Below are positions 60,557 to 64,000 of a stretch of DNA of 64,000 bases, piece after piece. The DNA lies in the NCBI GenBank assembly GCA_017610385.1, contig JAFCCC010000001.1, positions 64,001 to 128,000 on the forward strand, in the 5' to 3' direction. Position 1 is the stretch's first letter; each line of letters opens with the position of its first letter. Source of the stretch: Candidatus Nanohalarchaeota archaeon (lineage in GTDB: Archaea > Nanohalarchaeota > Nanosalinia > Nanosalinales > JAFCCC01). The position numbers and the translations under genes are program-made. The notes under the pieces were generated by a model that was not told the origin of the DNA, made no database searches, and worked only from the letters and a program-made list of their open reading frames with translations.

Positions 60557-62013
60557 ATTGGAAGGCTCTTTTTAAAGATTTTAGGATTTGGATACTTATC
60601 ATAGCCCTATTAATTTCAATAGTTGCAATAGGACCTCATTATGTTCAAAACGGAGATAAACTTAGTTTAGGAACTAATTTGAAATATGGATTAGACTTAC
60701 AGGGGGGTTCTCGTATCTTGGTTAAACCAACAGGTAATGCAACTACAGAAGATATGGAAGCGGTGATACAAACTTTACAAACAAGGATTAGTGCGTTTGG
60801 TTTGAAAGAAGCGGTTATTAGACCAGTAACTTCTTTGAATGAGTGGTATGTTCAATTAGATGTTGCGGATACGAACGTTTCAGAATTAAAGAAATTAATT
60901 GAAGAAGAGGGGAACTTTGAGGCCAGAATATCTATTTTAGCTAAGAATGCACAAAATCTTCTCCTTGGTCAAGAAAAATATCTGGTTTTTGCAGGAGAAG
61001 ATTATCTTGATATTAACAACAACACATATGTTTTGAATGATACTTTTTCTTTAAGTTCTGGGAATCATAACATTTCCCTAAAAGTCGTTAATTTTACACA
61101 AGAGGGAGCTGTTTTATCTACTTTAGCCTTTTCTGGCGCAGATATAGAAATGGTCTTGACTGATGTTCAGCATTCTAGAGTCTATCCGCAAGGAAGCGGC
61201 TGGAGATTTGAATTTCAAACAATCATTAAAAAAGGTGCGGCAGAGAGATTCAAAGACATTACACAGGCTTTAGAAGTGGTTCTTTCTGGAGAAGCAAGTG
61301 GTAATGCGTATTTGAACGCCAATTTAGAATTATACTTAGATGGTAAGTTAATGGATTCTTTGAGAATCGGGTCTGAATTTAAAAAGGATATTGTAACTAG
61401 TCCCTCTATTTCAGGAGGAGCAGAAACAAAAGATGCGGCAGTAACCCAAATGAAGTACTTACGTTCTATTTTACAAAATAGATTGCCAGTTCCAATTTCA
61501 ATTGTAAGTGTAAGCACGATTTCACCAGCATTAGGAAAATATTTTATTAGAATTGCTTTACTTTCTATTTTAGCATCGATTTTGACAGTAGGAACTATTA
61601 TTTTTATAAGATATAGAAAACCCAGCATTGCTATTCCAGTTATTATTACAGGTTTGTCAGAAGTTATTATCATATTTGGAATCGCAGCATTAATTAAGTG
61701 GACATTGGATCTTCCGTCTATTGCAGGTATTATTGCTGCAATAGGTACTGGAGTAGATGATCAGATCGTTATTACAGATGAAAGAAATAAACAAGAAAAA
61801 GAAGTAAGAAGTATCAGATCAAGATTAAAAAGAGCGTTCTTTATCATCTTTACTGCATTCTTCACAACAGTTGCAGCTATGTTGCCTTTGAGTTTTGTTG
61901 GGGCAGGATCGATTAAAGGATTCGCGATTACCACAATTATTGGTGTAACAATTGGTGTTCTAATCACCAGACCAGCATATGCACGAGTTTTAGAACATTT
62001 GGATGAAAAATAA
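60553..62013 (+). CDS. secD: Protein translocase subunit SecD
   Basis: GLDLQGG, ISPALG, AGIIAAIGTGVDDQIVITDE, KGFAITTIIG, ITRPAY. Confidence 0.94.
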   Translation: MNWKALFKDFRIWILIIALLISIVAIGPHYVQNGDKLSLGTNLKYGLDLQGGSRILVKPTGNATTEDMEAVIQTLQTRISAFGLKEAVIRPVTSLNEWYVQLDVADTNVSELKKLIEEEGNFEARISILAKNAQNLLLGQEKYLVFAGEDYLDINNNTYVLNDTFSLSSGNHNISLKVVNFTQEGAVLSTLAFSGADIEMVLTDVQHSRVYPQGSGWRFEFQTIIKKGAAERFKDITQALEVVLSGEASGNAYLNANLELYLDGKLMDSLRIGSEFKKDIVTSPSISGGAETKDAAVTQMKYLRSILQNRLPVPISIVSVSTISPALGKYFIRIALLSILASILTVGTIIFIRYRKPSIAIPVIITGLSEVIIIFGIAALIKWTLDLPSIAGIIAAIGTGVDDQIVITDERNKQEKEVRSIRSRLKRAFFIIFTAFFTTVAAMLPLSFVGAGSIKGFAITTIIGVTIGVLITRPAYARVLEHLDEK

Positions 62014-62334
62014 TTAGCTCATTAGTTTTATTATTGCTTCAGCGATATCACCAGTTTCTTCTAGTGCTTTTTTAGCTTCTTCTTTAGAGCAACTAGCTTT
62101 TTCCATAATCATTTCTATGTCTTCTTCGTTGGCAAATTCTTCTTCAGAATAATTTCCTTGAAGTTGGAACATTTCTTGTCCTTTAACACCAATTTTAGTT
62201 ATCTCTGGGTTAGAAAAAATGATTTTCTTGTCTTCTAATTCAATAATAACTTTTTTGGCATTTATGCTTTCAGTCTTCATACCAAGCTGCTTCATTACTT
62301 TTTCCATATTTTTTGGATTCATTCCAGGAAACAT
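62014..62334 (-). CDS. nac: Nascent polypeptide-associated complex protein
   Basis: MFPGMNPKNMEKVMKQLGM, UBA-like tail AKKALEETGDIAEAII. Confidence 0.93.
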   Translation of the reverse strand: MFPGMNPKNMEKVMKQLGMKTESINAKKVIIELEDKKIIFSNPEITKIGVKGQEMFQLQGNYSEEEFANEEDIEMIMEKASCSKEEAKKALEETGDIAEAIIKLMS

Positions 62335-62371
62335 AAATCTTTTTTGAATAGGAAGATTTAAATTTGTGGAT

Positions 62372-62654
62372 GTCCGAGCGCTCGGATGCCTGCAAAATCA
62401 GGCAGCACTTTAGGCCGCACTCAATTCGTGAGGCAACCTTCACAAAAATAACCGCGAAACCGGTTAATTGATTAACGTGATTGGGCTAACTTAACATTAA
62501 ATTATATTTTCCGGTCAAGTTAATCGCCGCGGTGCGCTACACGCACTTCATTAGGCAGCCCTCACCTAACTATGCTAAAAAGTGAAGTGAGTTAACATTC
62601 AGTTAACTCGCTGTTGGTGCCAGCTGGCATTTCAGCTGTCCGACTATTCGGATG
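62372..62654 (-). ncRNA. Unclassified multi-hairpin element related to the tRNA-Trp intron (ncRNA or non-autonomous mobile element; strand set by analogy to the intron)
   Basis: GC-richer than flanks; bounded by GTCCGA-NNNN-TCGGATG hairpins; exact 14-nt and 17-nt reverse-complement matches to 3206-3219 and 3308-3324. Confidence 0.55.
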
Positions 62655-62693
62655 GAATAGGTTATAAAACTAAAAAAGAAAGATAATTTGGAA

Positions 62694-64000
62694 ATGACTG
62701 ATGTTTCTCAGGAAGTTCAATTGGAAGAAAAAGTGGTTAAATCACGTAAAAAGCTTGATATGAGCTCTTATTTTAAATATATAGAAGATAAAACTAAAGA
62801 AGCCTATGAAATGGCCAAAAAAGCAAGAGCAAGTGGGAAGGACCCTGAAAAATACGTGGATATTCCTAGAGCACGAGATTTAGCTGAGAAATCAGTTGGC
62901 TTGGTTACAAGTGTTTTATTTCCAGAATTAGGTGGCATTGGTATTGATGATCGGGTAAGAGAATTAGAAAAAGAATACGGTAAAAACGATGAGCGAGTGG
63001 CGTTTGTTATAGGGAAAGAAATTGCTCAAGGAAAATTTTACAAGTTTGAAACTTTAGAAAAAGCAGTTGAAGCAGGAATTAGAATTGGGTTGTCTTATTT
63101 AACCCAAGGCGTTGTAACTGCCCCATTGGAAGGAATCGGTGCAATTAAAATAAGAAAAAATGATGATGGAACAGATTATTTGGCAGTTTATTATGCAGGT
63201 CCAATTAGAAGCGCGGGAGGAACGGCTTCTGCAATGAGTGTTCTTTTAGCAGATTATGTAAGAAAAGAAATGGGAATTGATAGATACAAACCACGTCCCG
63301 AAGAATTAGAACGGTATGGTGTAGAAGTAGAGGATTATTACACTCGAGTTACTAAAAAACAATATACTCCCACTAGAGAAGAAGTAAAAATGATTGCTAA
63401 GAATGTTCCAATTGAAATTACTGGAACACCTACTGAAAAAATTGAGGTTTCTAATTTCAAAGACCTGGCACGTATTGAAACAAATGTTGTACGTGGAGGA
63501 ATGTGTTTAGTATATTTGGATGGTTTGCCACTCAAGGCACCCAAAATTAAAAAGAGAGTTAATGCGTGGGGAAAAGATTTTGGTTTAGAACATTGGAACT
63601 GGATTAAAGACTATTTAAAATTCCAGGAAAGTTTGCATAGCGTAACTAAAGGCCAAACAGAGGTCAAATATAAACCAAACACCACATACTTACAAGATTT
63701 AGTTGCTGGTAGACCTGTATTTGCGCACCCAGGAGCTGTGGGTGGATTTAGATTAAGATATGGTCATTCTAGAACGTCTGGAATCGCTGCAACAAGCATG
63801 CATCCTGCCACAATGGAAATTACAAATGGGTTTATCGCAATAGGAACACAAGTTAGGACAGAATATCCGGGAAAGGCCACAGTTCCGACTCCTTGTGATT
63901 CAATAGAACCGCCTGTAGTAAAACTAAAAAATGGGAATGTCTTGCGCGTTGAGACCCGAAAAATGGCCAAAGAAATAAATAGTGAAGTTAAAGAAATCTT
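62694..64000 (+). CDS. polC: DNA polymerase D large subunit DP2, 3'-truncated by window edge (not in ORF track)
   Basis: AKKARASGKDP, GVVTAPLEGI, YYAGPIRSAGGTA, VAGRPVFAHP..GGFRLRYGHSR, PCDSIEPP. Confidence 0.95.
   Translation, partial: MTDVSQEVQLEEKVVKSRKKLDMSSYFKYIEDKTKEAYEMAKKARASGKDPEKYVDIPRARDLAEKSVGLVTSVLFPELGGIGIDDRVRELEKEYGKNDERVAFVIGKEIAQGKFYKFETLEKAVEAGIRIGLSYLTQGVVTAPLEGIGAIKIRKNDDGTDYLAVYYAGPIRSAGGTASAMSVLLADYVRKEMGIDRYKPRPEELERYGVEVEDYYTRVTKKQYTPTREEVKMIAKNVPIEITGTPTEKIEVSNFKDLARIETNVVRGGMCLVYLDGLPLKAPKIKKRVNAWGKDFGLEHWNWIKDYLKFQESLHSVTKGQTEVKYKPNTTYLQDLVAGRPVFAHPGAVGGFRLRYGHSRTSGIAATSMHPATMEITNGFIAIGTQVRTEYPGKATVPTPCDSIEPPVVKLKNGNVLRVETRKMAKEINSEVKEI

Noticed and set aside
62372-62654. 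SRP RNA, RNase P RNA or hammerhead ribozyme as the identity of the structured spacer
   Set aside because: I could not find the SRP helix-8 motif, the RNase P GAGGAAAGTCC motif or the hammerhead CTGANGA core on either strand by eye; cmscan is needed to be certain
1-64000. DGR reverse transcriptase, template repeat, CRISPR array, transposase or integrase
   Set aside because: No RT motifs, no adenine-rich third copy of the repeat, no regularly spaced repeats and no transposase/integrase motifs were seen in this window

Overview
AT-rich archaeal chromosome segment, most likely from a small-genome DPANN-type archaeon. This rests on archaeal GlyRS/PheRS, Spt5, uL1/uL10/uL11, AglB, NAC and PolD DP2; the lineage itself is inferred. 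Contents, left to right: (1) a tRNA-synthetase-rich block (glyS, intron-containing tRNA-Trp next to trpS, pheS/pheT, leuS); (2) a small island with an AbiE-type toxin-antitoxin pair and two tandem paralogues whose 3' ends look like DGR variable repeats (no RT or template repeat seen in the window); (3) the ftsZ-secE-spt5-ribosomal protein cluster; (4) a citrulline/ornithine catabolic cluster and iscSU; (5) a ~22 kb surface-glycosylation locus ending in aglH/aglB, with a pyruvate-kinase-like/ATP-sulfurylase fusion, APS kinase, a sulfotransferase and two bifunctional sugar-activation enzymes; (6) secF/secD, nac and the start of polC. The most unusual signal is a non-coding multi-hairpin element present both inside the 177-nt tRNA-Trp intron and, inverted, in the nac-polC spacer 59 kb away. 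All calls come from reading motifs and hand alignment; no database searches were run.
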